Shown one piece after another: positions 52,891 to 64,000 of a stretch of DNA of 64,000 nucleotides. This stretch comes from Perna viridis (Eukaryota). Every line of letters begins with the position of its first letter. The first letter of the stretch is position 1. Made by a program: the position numbers and the translations under genes. The notes beneath the pieces were generated by a model that saw nothing but the letters and a program-made list of their open reading frames with translations, did no database searches and had not been told where the DNA came from. Where the stretch lies: assembly GCA_037379345.1 (NCBI GenBank), contig CM074512.1, positions 40,548,001 through 40,612,000 of the forward strand. The letters run 5' to 3'.

Positions 52891-54859
52891 ACTTTGGTAA
52901 ACATGTAGTTGATGTTTAAAGTTTACAAAAAGTGTATTTAAAAGTCTGCTGTTCCTCTTTATTGAAAGTGCTTCCTGGCAGTACAGCTGAATTTCACATT
53001 TTCATAAAGTTTCAAATTTACTTTTCTTAAAAACCTTCCTATAAAAAGTAATACCAACACACAAGATAGAAGAGTCCATACAAAAATATTTATCCTAAAA
53101 TACAAATAGAAACACTTGCCTGAAATCTGTTTTAATTTCCTGGACTCTAAATGTCCATCCACAAGCCCTCTAAAATGGCAATTAACTTCATTTAAAGGGG
53201 TCTGAAATTCTCTGACCATTTTTAAATTCTCTTGGCTTAAGAGGTCACTACTTGTAAGCCTATTAAATAGAAGCAATAAAGTATTATGAAATGATAGATT
53301 AAATGTAAAGCCTATTTTCTTTCATTTTCATTCAATGTGTAAACATATTTTTGGTCAAAATAAGATCTTTATCAGACAGAAAAACAAGTATGATTGCATA
53401 TAATCAGTCTGACGTAAAAGCATAATATTCATAAACTATCCACAGCAACTTGATTGTGTTTAAAATTAAGTGTGAATGTACTACATGTATTTGATTCCTA
53501 ATCTAAATATATGAATTTCAAAACTTCATGTACAATCTGTATTAAAAGAGATGATATTCTTCTTTTATCACATAAACAATGCAATTTGTGAATAGTTCAA
53601 GTGACTCATGCATCCTGCCAAAGGTTTTACTCAGAAGTTACTCATTTTAAAGCCCCAAGCTTTTCCAATTGAGAAAGGGTCAATGATTTTAAACTGTCTT
53701 ATGGGAGTGTAATTCATATATTCCTTGTAAAGTACAAGTTTTTTACGGTTAAAATATTGCAAATAAAATGTAAATGTTCTGCTTGACTCAAGGATTGAGA
53801 TTCTCAAAATTTTAATTCCAATTACTGCAGTGTAAACTGAGTGTGTAAAGGAATTGATTTTTCTGAAGACCAGTATTTTCTCAAACATGAAAATTCCTTG
53901 TTTTGAAGAATTCACTAAATACCAATTTTCAAGATATTTGTTTTTCCCTCCTGTAATACTGGTATGTTCGTATTAGTAATTTTGTCTTTATTTTCATAAG
54001 TTCTTTTTTAAAAATTACGAATATAAAGGATTATCCATTAATGACTCCACACTTCTATCAACTATACAGTAAGTGATCTGAAAGTCATAAAGTCGTCAGT
54101 TTATTTCTTCTTCTAGTCAATCAGTAGTCTAATTCTTATAAGTTCTACAATGTCATTAATACTAGAATACCTTATTAATTACATTGAAAGGCCAAATACA
54201 CTTAAATGGTAGATTCTCACCCAACCTTCACAAAAAAATATGGGGTAGGTGGGAGGTTTTTACTTTCTTACCAGATATTTGCTAGCATAGTTTTGCTATA
54301 TGAAGTACAACAATGTTCTAAATCTATAGCAACATCAGTTTCAGAGAAGAAACATCATTTTAGTCACAAAGAAATGAAATGTGTGTATTATAGTAACTCA
54401 ATACTAAAAACTGACAAGAAAAAAATCCTGATTTTGAAATTCCTTTCCTAATTTAAAAAAAATTTCAGCCAATGCTTTAGGGCCGGGAGGGAATGAGAAT
54501 CTAATAATTAATTTTATTTGGCCTGACACGTAACAGAATAAGCCTGTCGTAACTATATTGCTTCTAAAGTCTCTTTATACCAGTTTGTTAATATGCAATT
54601 AATTAAAAGCCTGTTTACATAATCAAAGTTTTCCATAAAAATCTTTGACAAAGTTTTTTTTACCTGTGTAAACCTGTAAAACTGGACTTAATGGAATATA
54701 CCTCAATCTTATTTTCTAATTGTTTTAGATGGAATTTGACCATTCAAAATTTTCAGTTTGAACATAGAATTAAACAAGTACTATCTTTAAAATAAAGATA
54801 GTGACACAGTAAAATTTGTTTTTTTTTAGTTATAGTTTTCAATACATTTTCGAACACTT

Positions 54860-55070
54860 CTAAGTTACCAGTATTTGGCCAATCGAGAAATAGAATTGCG
54901 ATCAGGTGACTCATGTTTCCATGGAAGAGCGTCTTTAAGGTCAAAGGGTAAAAAGCGAAACTATACCAACTGCGTCAGAAAAACATGTGTGTGATTTGTT
55001 TCATTTATTTAACTTCAATCATATAAACAGACATGATGACAAACTCGGACCTGCCTAAACCAAACAAATC
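54860..55070 (-). promoter_or_regulatory. Candidate promoter of the EF-hand/CaaX gene
   Basis: Local CpG retention; CCAAT 54879-83, TGACTCA 54907-13, partial X-box GTTTCCATGGAA 54915-26, CGTCA 54973-77; possible donor CTG/GTAACT at 54869. Confidence 0.3.
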
Positions 55071-55076
55071 CGTCGG

Positions 55077-55462
55077 GGTAAGTCTCTGTAAGAATCAGGC
55101 AGTGGGTGAAACATTGGCATGAAAAATCTTATCAATTTGATAGTGTAATTTGACTATTTGCACCATCAGAATCTAGGAAAGAAGACAATATTTTCCATAT
55201 CATGTTGGTGCATTGAGTTATAATTTGATTGAAATGCACTGAAAATGAACATTTCAAGGGCAGATAACTCTGTCAAAAACCTCATTTTTCTAACATTCTA
55301 TTAAAAAATGTCTAAGCACAGCCAGTGATGTAGGGATCAAATAATGGTCTTTCCAAATATAGGAAGTATCCTTAAGTGATATTACATTGTCAGATCGGTG
55401 GGGCATTGACATGCATGTTTCTGATTTTTCTCATTACACCTGAATCTTACAAACACATATAT
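55077..55462 (+). mobile_element. ~380-bp TIR element family A, copy 3
   Basis: High similarity along its length to copy 2. Confidence 0.8.
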
Positions 55463-56142
55463 TTAAGCTGTTTTAACAGTGCAGTGTTCTAGGATTCAAC
55501 TTTCCCATCATCTGGGGCAAGTTCAATTTTGGTGTCAGAAAGTTGTATATTATAATTTACTTTACCTTTGTGAAGTAGAAAAATTGAATTTTTGAAGTAT
55601 TTGTTTAATTAGGAAAACAGACTTAACTTGAGGGAAAATTAATTTTTATTTAGTCTTCCTGTGGAAACCCTAAAAAATCCTAGAACACAGCAATGGTTAG
55701 GGTCCATGGTCATCAATATGCCTGCAAAGTTTATGTAAAACATTGCTAATATTGCTTGTTTACATGGTCTAATTAAGTCTTTAAAATCAATCAAATCATG
55801 TGCTTTTTTTTGTTTGTTTGTGCTTTGTTTACATTCTAAAAAACTCCCTTTGATTGTTTAAATTCCATCAGTCTGACTAAGTCAAATAAAAAATAGGATA
55901 GAGTTTTTTTTCCATCAATGTCTAAGTCAATCATAGTTTTTTGTCAAAGTTTTTAACACAGGTTTACAGGATGAAATAAACTTTGTCAATTCTTTGATTG
56001 TGTAAACAGGCCTAAACAGAAACCTTTCATTCACAAGCAATATGATTTTTCAGACCTTTCTATACGTTTACATTATCTTCCCTGTATCAATTTGATCCGA
56101 TGGAGCAGTGTAGTGAATAGAGTTGTCACATTCTGAGACATA

Positions 56143-56560
56143 TACACACACACACACACAAATTTATTTGGTATATTGCTATATCATGCATTGGCAGTAA
56201 GCCGACTATATCTGGTGGAGCACTGAACAATGTGGGAATGACAAAGTTTAGTAAACGACATGATTTCCAAGTCTTGTAGATCAGTTTGCGGCCATTTTCC
56301 TAATAAAATTGTGTAAAAATCCTCATCATCATAACACGAGAGTTCCTGGTAAAGTGTCAGAGGAAAGTTTTCAATTAAAATGTCTGACCAGATATCACGC
56401 ATAACGTTTGTGCATGGGCAACTGCAGGAAACATGCAAGAACAAATCTCTATATATTCGACCACAAATGGAGCAATATCTCTCTGAAAATTCAGAAATGT
56501 CACATAATAATTTCGTAATAATACACACCACAAGACTTATTTACATTTGTGTCAGTTTTG
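56143..56560 (-). mobile_element. 5'-truncated non-LTR retrotransposon 3' end (ORF2 C-terminal zinc finger)
   Basis: ORF 56184-56531 has CSIC-x8-H-x4-C...R..W (CCHC knuckle typical of LINE ORF2 C-termini), followed by AATAAA and a (TG)n tail. Confidence 0.65.
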
Positions 56561-58155
56561 TAGACATTTTTTAAGTGAAATCACAATTTAGCACTTCATA
56601 GTTTCACTAAGGTCAATAAGTCAAGGGTGAGTGGGGTTACAGCCCCTCTTTTGTCTGAAGATTTCGTTTATTTTGTGCAATAATTGAACAAAGAGAGCAA
56701 AAAACCTAAACCAACTGCCCTTTTTTAAAAAAATTCAAGATCCTTGATTACACATCATGCTTTTCTGGTCATATATGTTTTTCTTCTGAGTACTAGCAAG
56801 TTTGCATGAGAGTAAAACTACTAATAACATGTTTACAGAGGTCAGACAGCAAAGATAATGGTAGATGAAAACAAAATAAGAAATTTAACATTTTGAATTA
56901 AAATTAAAAAGTTCTTTTAAAATATTTAATCAAGAAATAAAATCTTTTCTTTACAAAAGACTGAAGAAATTTAAATACATCAATATTATTACGTCAATTA
57001 GAGGGTAAAATTTTAAAGAAAATATTATCTAAACGATTATATGTATAATCATATTTTGAGAACTCAAGGTGAAATAATTAAATAAATAGCTAAACATAAA
57101 TTCTGCATGAAAATATTCACAAAACATTCCCACTGAGATTTGTCAATGACTTCAAAGATCATGTAAAACATGTACATATACATTGTAGGCTAGTTGGTTT
57201 GGTAATTTTCATTGTAAACTGACATGCAAAATTGCTAGTAGGATTTATTCAAACTATAAAGCACTTTGACTTAGTAGTTGAACTGACTGAACGATCAGAA
57301 TTGATGATAAAGGTCAGGCTTACCGTATCTTTTTGGTTCGTCAATAAAATGCATAGCATATGAACAACTGAAAGGCAGACAATTGTGTCTTGAGGCCAAT
57401 TTGTTTGCATTTTATTTGAAAATTTAATTTTCTAAAAGTTGTAGAGTAAAAATATATTGTAAGACTGGTATAAGTTTTCTTAATATGCATGTTTATGTAT
57501 AAAGTATTTTCATATTTTGATTAAATGAATCTGAAAAAAAAAATGGACTAACAACAAAAATAAAAATAATGCCTTTTTAAAAAATTTAATAAAATAAATA
57601 AATTGTACAAAAGTACAGTGATTATTTTATCACAGATAATGTAATGACTTTCTTAAATAAATAAATATATTGGTACCACATGCAAATGACATCAAATATT
57701 TGATAACATAAAAACAATGCCAAGAAATGTATAAAGAGGTAACATTTTTCAAGGGAGTTGGACACCTGAAGATCTGATAAAAAAAAAAAAATCAGAATCC
57801 CTTCAATGACTTATTATACAGCTTATTGCATTCATCAAATTGTAGCCATAACAACTTTTAATTTTATAAGGCAAATAGTGTGAAATTTTAATATAAAAAA
57901 ATGATATTACACCCATGATGATTTGTCACACCTATTCTTTCATCCTGATGTAACCAAAGTTTTCACATATGAAATGTAGTCTTTATTAAATCTTCTTATG
58001 ACAACAGAAATCTCTCCCAAAAAACTGTCCATAAATGGCAGTAGACTTTGGATATATCAGTAATAATTTTTTCACAAGTGATACTCTGAATTATATATAA
58101 TTAAGAAATAAATCATGGAAACTTTCCAATTATACAATGGAACATAATCTCCTTA

Positions 58156-59409
58156 TCAATCACTATCAGTATCAGACATAACCATCACCCTGTTAACAAC
58201 ACCTATTCTACTACTTCTTGTTCTTTTCTGAGATAAGATAGAACTAGAACCAATGTTATTGTCTTCCACTAAAAAGGATAAAGCAGAGTTATTGTCCTTG
58301 TTAACATTCTCCACTTCTGAGTTGCTTTTCTTAGTAATATTAGATGAAGATTTTACTGGACTATTACCCTTCATAAGTTTTTTACCCTTATCAACTTTTT
58401 TAGATACTGTACACATAGCTTCAGCCTCTTTTTTATTTGAATTATTAGTCTTTTGCCTCTTTACCAGAGGAACTTCCGGTTGTCTTTCATCAAACTGTGC
58501 TCTCTGTGTTTTCTGTATTTTTACAGCACTAGAAGTCTCATTTCTCTGTGTTTTTGACTTAGTCTTTTTCACTTTATCAAATGATTTTACTTCATCTTCC
58601 AAGAATCCTTTTTGAGGTTCCTTTGGTTGGTCCACTGCAAATTGTTCAGTAGCATGACCTGCCATCCCTATTCTGATTTTTGGCCTTGTCCTTTTACCTT
58701 GACCTGAGGATGAGTCAGTCACACTCTGAGATAATGTCACTCCCTGAGATTCATTCACAGTGTTGTTATTGAGATTGTTAGAAGTATTATTGCTAAGAAC
58801 TTGTTGAGTAATTGGAGTCACATATTTTTGCTTAGGTTTAGAGGTAGTTTGTGCCGATCTTTTAGCAGGCTTTCTCGACTCATTACTTACACTATTTAAC
58901 TCTGTTATTATTGAAATCCCTGTTTTAGGTATAGATGTTTCAGGCTTTGCACTTGCATTTCCTGAAACCAAACTGTCTTCAACAATATTCTCATAATCCA
59001 AATTAGCAATTAATTCATCTCCACTAGATTCACTACTGCTCTCCTCAGAAAGATTAACTTCATCAGCCACAACAGTCCTTCGCCTCTGGCCTACTGAACT
59101 TTTACCAACACCTTTACCTTTTCCTCTACCTCTACCTCTCCCTCTTCCACGACCTTTGCCCCTAGTAATTTGTATTGCCATAGCCTTAGCCTCCTGCATT
59201 CCAGCAGACATAGGTTTGGATAGAGGTGTAAGTATTGTAGGAGGTACAGGTGCCGTTATTGACAGATTAATTAGGTTACCAGAAGGTTCTATCTCTGTCT
59301 CATCTTTCCCTTGTATAATATTTAATGCTCTCTGTAATCTTTTACTTTTAATGTTCTTAGGTTGCATGAAACTTTCAGGTTGGAAAAAACTGTTAATTCT
59401 TGTCTGTGT
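58156..59409 (-). CDS. ERCC5: XPG/ERCC5 terminal exon: PIP box and long basic/disordered tail
   Basis: atttcag acceptor at 59411-59410, phase 0; begins TQTRINSFFQ (PCNA-binding PIP box) and KSKRLQRAL; in frame with the 403-aa ORF ending at 58156. Confidence 0.92.
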   Translation of the reverse strand, partial: TQTRINSFFQPESFMQPKNIKSKRLQRALNIIQGKDETEIEPSGNLINLSITAPVPPTILTPLSKPMSAGMQEAKAMAIQITRGKGRGRGRGRGRGKGKGVGKSSVGQRRRTVVADEVNLSEESSSESSGDELIANLDYENIVEDSLVSGNASAKPETSIPKTGISIITELNSVSNESRKPAKRSAQTTSKPKQKYVTPITQQVLSNNTSNNLNNNTVNESQGVTLSQSVTDSSSGQGKRTRPKIRIGMAGHATEQFAVDQPKEPQKGFLEDEVKSFDKVKKTKSKTQRNETSSAVKIQKTQRAQFDERQPEVPLVKRQKTNNSNKKEAEAMCTVSKKVDKGKKLMKGNSPVKSSSNITKKSNSEVENVNKDNNSALSFLVEDNNIGSSSILSQKRTRSSRIGVVNRVMVMSDTDSD

Positions 59410-60273
59410 CTGAAATACATGTTTAACAAAAGCTACCTTTCAAGGGAAATTTAAATGAAGACAAATTAATACACATTAATAAAACATCTCCAATTAACTT
59501 ACCAATAAAATCATTTATACATAACACATAAGTAATTGAAATCTTGTAAAATGATGTTGACCATTATTATAGTATTAGAATTGCTTTCAATAATGCAATC
59601 ATTAAAATGAGATGTTTAAGATATAACATATAAGTAAACCTATATTCAGTTTACACATAAGAAGCACAATTGAAAAAAAATTAGTAGATTAAGTACTGTA
59701 CTTGTCAATAATGATTTAAAAGTTATTTGGTAAATGATAAATGGTATTGAGGACCATATGACAGAATATAGACATGCTGTTTGTTCAAAAGAGTTATTCG
59801 GACCAAGGCTTACCCATTTAACCTTTTTTGGGCTATCAATCAGTATGTCAATCTGTCTGAAGTATTAAAAACTATTTTGCTATGAATTACTTGTAAAATA
59901 AGTAAATACAATCTAATGGATTTCATGTTGATGAACTACATCTAAAAACTAAATCAATAATTCCATCAGGATGTGTTTTTGGTTTGAAGTGGTCCATATA
60001 ACATTTTTAGGACTAGCTTTATTTTTATGAACAAGTAGAGAACTCAAATCTTAAAAAAATTTCAATCATTTAATTTATAGGTTACTTTAAAAAAAGGAAG
60101 CACCATAATTACTGTTCTGTCCTAAACTACCGCTACCATGCAGATGATTAAACAATCAGATAATGTTTCGTAAATTCATTTCATCTTGTAAACATGAAAG
60201 CGATCTGTCAATTTTATAACTTTTTTCAGTCATGAATTGTGTTTAGTATTTAACTGGAATGTATGTAACTTAC

Positions 60274-60358
60274 ATGTCTCAAATTGAGTTGTTTCAACAT
60301 TGGTATCATACTCTCATCACACTTGTCTTGGTTCCAACCAAACTTACATTTTGTAAAA
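60274..60358 (-). CDS. ERCC5: XPG/ERCC5 penultimate exon
   Basis: 85 nt, phase 2 to 0; FTKCKFGWNQDKCDESMIPMLKQLNLRH (XPG FGW...K.DE...P.LKQL motif); gtaagt donor. Confidence 0.9.
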
Positions 60359-61250
60359 CTAAAAATTGGTCAAGGATTCTTGTCTTAACTTATAAATATA
60401 CAATGTAAGTTTGGCAATACTCATGTAAAGTTTTAAGTATAGGTCTATCTAAAAATCATATCTCAAGATAATAGATAAAACTGTTCAAATATATTTGTTA
60501 TGTGATAAAAAAAAACTTTTCCTATTCATTTGTTGCATCTGCTATATTCATGAAATATTTTTTGACTGGCTACAGTGTACAAATTCTGACAGAAAAATTT
60601 CCAATACTTTTCTATAAACCAATTTTCATTTGCACTCTTATTGTCAAATGCAGTTTCTATGAGGCATACTAAAGGATTCCTAATCAAAAACTTTGGGGAA
60701 GTGCATGAATCACTAATAATAAGCTTCTGCCTGGTTTTAAGGCAGAGCTGTACTTCATCAGCAAAAGTTCCAGAATTTCTACTGTTGACCGATTTGTATT
60801 TAGTTGGCTACTTATGAGTAATTTAATTAGATACATAGATTTAAGAATTTTTATTTTGTTTTATTGTGAAACTTATTAGTGCAGAAAAAGTTCCAGGTCA
60901 CATTTTTATTGTGGTATGAAAACACAAATTGTTAAGATTGTAGTTTTTCTGAACAACAAATTCATATGCTTTGGAACAGGAGTTGTGACCCATTCTTGTG
61001 AAATTATAGGATCACATGACAAGTCTTACACATCCAAATTTGCATTTAAATACTATAATAATGGAATAATTTAAATGTAGCTTATGACACTGTTTAAACT
61101 TCTTTAATTAAAACTTCTGTATTTCAATTAAAAGCATTACTTTAAAAGGCAAATATTTCAAAGGGCAGATATAAATGTTCCTGTATTAAGTAATTAGAAC
61201 TCAAAGTCTATCAATAAATAATGCAGCAAAAACATTAATAAAAAGGATTC
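60359..61250 (-). other. ERCC5: U12-type (minor spliceosome) intron with GA-AG termini
   Basis: 5' end GAATCCTTTT (U12 consensus RTATCCTTT with T to A at +2). Branch point TCCTTGAC at 60376-60369 lies ~11 nt before the AG, with no long polypyrimidine tract. Splicing keeps the frame (IR-D-FTKCKFGW). Confidence 0.8.
60571..60752 (+). mobile_element. Short dispersed element family B (interrupted copy at 28141-28751)
   Basis: Shares attctgacag...tacttttc and ...catgaatcact...aagcttctg...ttttaaggcagagctgtac with 28141-28180 and 28618-28751. Confidence 0.7.
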
Positions 61251-61353
61251 TCTCTAATCAAATCTAGTTCTGGCTGACTCCAGGAAAAGTTTTCAGCAGA
61301 GTCATCAACCTCTGGACTCAGGTAGGCTGTAACTACTCGATCATTAGGGAAAC
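61251..61353 (-). CDS. ERCC5: XPG/ERCC5 exon followed by a U12-type intron
   Basis: ttttaag acceptor; 103 nt, phase 1 to 2; GFPNDRVVTAYLSPEVDDSAENFSWSQPELDLIR (XPG GFPN...AYL.P.VD.S...F.W..P motif). Confidence 0.9.
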
Positions 61354-61545
61354 CTTAAAAAAACAAAAACGACAGTAAGCATTATTGTATTACAAATTCA
61401 GGAAAGAAAATTTGCTTCCTATAAAACTGATGTTATACAACCAGTAGAATATGGCTTCAACAATCTTCCAAGGAGACAATGTAGAAGGTGGAAATAAAAT
61501 GAGAATAAAAAGCTATGCAGAATGCAGCATTATATGACTGCAGTG

Positions 61546-62215
61546 GTCGAACCTGGAACAGTTGGGGCAAGTGTGGACACTATATTAGTTTTTGACACAC
61601 TTGTATGCATAGGGCCTTACAATTCATTTTGGACATAACAACTGGATTGGACACTATAATGCACAAGAAAAAATTTTCAAAATCTGACCAAAAATTAAAA
61701 AACATGATTTTTTGGGGTGTGGTCCCTTGGACTCCTTGTAACTCAAAAACCATAAGAGATATCTGAAAGCTGATTGGAAAATGCAAGCAGCAATTTCATA
61801 AGGAATCCAATAAAAAAAATAATTTGAAATAGACCAAAAATAAAGAAGTTGATTTGTTTGGGGTGTGGCCCCTTTGACTCCTTATAATTCTATAATGGTC
61901 CAAAATGCATTATATCTGCTTATCATATTTGTTTAACAAAATAAAATAAGGAGCACAATTTAAAAATAATGATCAAAATCGGAAGAAAAACAAACATTCT
62001 GCATTGGTTTTAATAATAAACCTATTTTTACCCTTTTTGATCCCTTTTTCTAACACAGTAGGGGCAAATAATCCAAATAGATAAAGGAACCTTCCTTTAG
62101 TGGTTAGCAAAATAAAATTGAAGTTTCATAACAATTGGTCATAACAACTGTATTTACTGCACCAAAATTTAGTGTCTACGGATTGTAATAATGACAGGAA
62201 CGAGTACGACAACAC
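61546..62215 (+). repeat. Dispersed repeat beginning gtcgaacc.gaacagttggggcaagt (motif also near 18990, 20327, 25474, 62654)
   Basis: Five diverged copies of a ~40-80 bp motif; internal duplicated ggggtgtgg.ccct.tggactcctt segment. Confidence 0.55.
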
Positions 62216-62345
62216 CATACCAAAAATTTGCTGTCATATAACAATATATTCCGACTGCAAGGAAAATAACTTGAAAAGTCATTATTACTTTATTTCAAAA
62301 CATTTTAATCATTATAACTAACTTGTGACAAAGGTAAAGCCGTAC

Positions 62346-62434
62346 CTTCAGGAACATCAAGTTTGCGTAATTTAGACTTTATTTTAGCTTCTAGGGGTGC
62401 AGTTACTTGTCTTTGAGCATCATCCCACCATGAT
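62346..62434 (-). CDS. ERCC5: XPG/ERCC5 exon
   Basis: ttttcag / gtacgg; 89 nt, phase 2 to 1; SWWDDAQRQVTAPLEAKIKSKLRKLDVPE. Confidence 0.9.
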
Positions 62435-63128
62435 CTGAAAAAAATGAAGACATGCCAATGTGTAATAAGAAATCACCAATTTCAAATTCAGTACTATTAG
62501 GGAACTTTTTTTTAATGGCAGAAATTGCCATGTAAATTATTGAACAACTATAAAACTGAAAATGGGCATAAAATGGGATATAGTCATATCCAGCCAAAAT
62601 GTATATCATAATTCAAAAAATACATTACAGGGCTTAGCTTAATACAACCATAGAGGTCAAAACATGAACAGATCAGACAAGTATTGACACAAACATACAA
62701 ACTTGACATAGCTATCTAATTTGGATTGTGAGAAGACGTTTGACAAGATTCTAACTAGACTAGGCAAAGATCTTTAAAATTTGCAGTCAGACATCAGAAA
62801 TCTGCAATTTATAGAAAGTCAAAGAAAATGCTTATTTCTTATTCTTGTTGGCCCACCATTTCTAAAAAGGTAAATGCCATAACCCTTTAACTCCATTAAA
62901 CATAAATTTTGAGGTATGAAACATTATAGCAGATTTCATATTGATTCGTACAGAGACCTCATGCTTTTGTTAGGAAATAATTTTTGTCCTCTAAAGACTT
63001 TTCTTAAAAGAAATTTTCAGCTGAAATTTTGGCATATGCTCCTAGATCGGTATAAAATACAGACAAATACTTTCACACATTGTACATACAGTCTAATCAA
63101 TTGACCTTGTAACCTATTGTTAACCTAC

Positions 63129-63273
63129 TTGAATGCTCTCAATCCCTCAAGATTTTCACCAGGAAACTCTGTCAGTAATTCCATGGCAGTAATTGTACCA
63201 ACTCCCTGTATACCAGGTGTGTAATCACTACCACATAGCAGGGCTAACTTGATCAATATATCTCGACCAATGC
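63129..63273 (-). CDS. ERCC5: XPG/ERCC5 exon, H3TH region
   Basis: ttttcag acceptor and gtaggt donor; 145 nt, phase 1 to 2; [31 protein letters not shown] motif. Confidence 0.95.
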
Positions 63274-63801
63274 CTGAAAATAAGGAAAAACACTTTATCC
63301 AGGGATTCAATTGAAGAGAAGATTTGAATTTCACCAAAATTATTTATCTCATGATACTTCTCATAAAATATAACTAATGGACTTTATACCTCCTACATGC
63401 AGCAAGCTGTATCCAAAACCACAATTCCTGATATGCACATTTCTAAACAGTGATCTAACACTGCATAAAGTTTCATAATAATCCTGCAAGTAATATAGAA
63501 GGATCTGTGGACAAGGTTATGTCATACAACAAACTTAAAAAAATCTTAGATATATATCTTACTAAACTTGCCATAACTTAAATAACTGACAATATGCATA
63601 TCTCTGAATACTGAATATAATACTGTTTTTTTTTCAAATAACAACCCACTATATAAAGAAGAAGTTGTGGAGGATGCAATGTTGGATAAAAGGACTGAAA
63701 CCTATCTTTCACAAAAATACTGGTTTAATTTTTTTTTAAATATACATGAACACCCATGTGTTAAAATCAGCATTCAGGAAGAACAGATTACTAGTTATTA
63801 C

Positions 63802-64000
63802 CAAGCTGTGCCTTTATGCTGACTTCAGTGAAGAATTCCACATGTTTGTCCTGATTGAAGAAGTTTTTATAGACCCTCTTTCCACCAAACAACCAGATAT
63901 CACTATCATCAGTAATTGTCCCCTGGGTCAAATCACTTAGGTCTAACTGAGCACACTGTGCTTCAGCCTCCATGGGACTAATAATATAAGGTACACCAAA
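63802..64000 (-). CDS. ERCC5: XPG/ERCC5 endonuclease, I-domain exon (5' end lies beyond the window)
   Basis: Translates [19 protein letters not shown]...[21 protein letters not shown], the FEN1/XPG catalytic motifs EAEAQC and TDDSD; GT donor at 63801, phase 1. Confidence 0.95.

Noticed and set aside
58253-59413. Plus-strand ORFs 58253-58615 and 59156-59413 (also 6916-7249, 35296-35562, 63746-63940)
   Set aside because: These are antisense shadows of real minus-strand exons.

Overview
AT-rich, intron-rich eukaryotic DNA. The repeat content (Helentron/HINE-like elements, a Nin-type SINE remnant, TA- and TTAA-flanked MITEs) suggests a bivalve mollusc, probably Mytilus-like; this is an inference. 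Three minus-strand genes were reconstructed by hand from splice signals and reading phase. (1) The 3' part of XPG/ERCC5 has 6 coding exons (58156 to beyond 64000). One of its introns has a U12 (minor spliceosome) branch point but a non-canonical GA donor (GAATCCTTT...TCCTTGAC..AG). (2) An apparently complete, unrecognised gene with 19 coding exons (45667 to 31520, about 570 aa) encodes a coiled-coil region, a C-terminal EF-hand pair, a basic stretch and a CaaX box (CVIQ*). The CaaX-stop codons are themselves the first unit of a ~1.9 kb, ~31-bp minisatellite in the 3' UTR. (3) The 5' end of a probable FNDC3-family gene has a promoter/first exon near 17.8 kb and a coding exon at 6741-7194. The rest is introns and intergenic DNA with nested non-autonomous transposons, two truncated LINE 3' ends and a 58-bp intronic minisatellite with higher-order structure. 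No prokaryotic features, CRISPR arrays, rRNA or tRNA genes were found.
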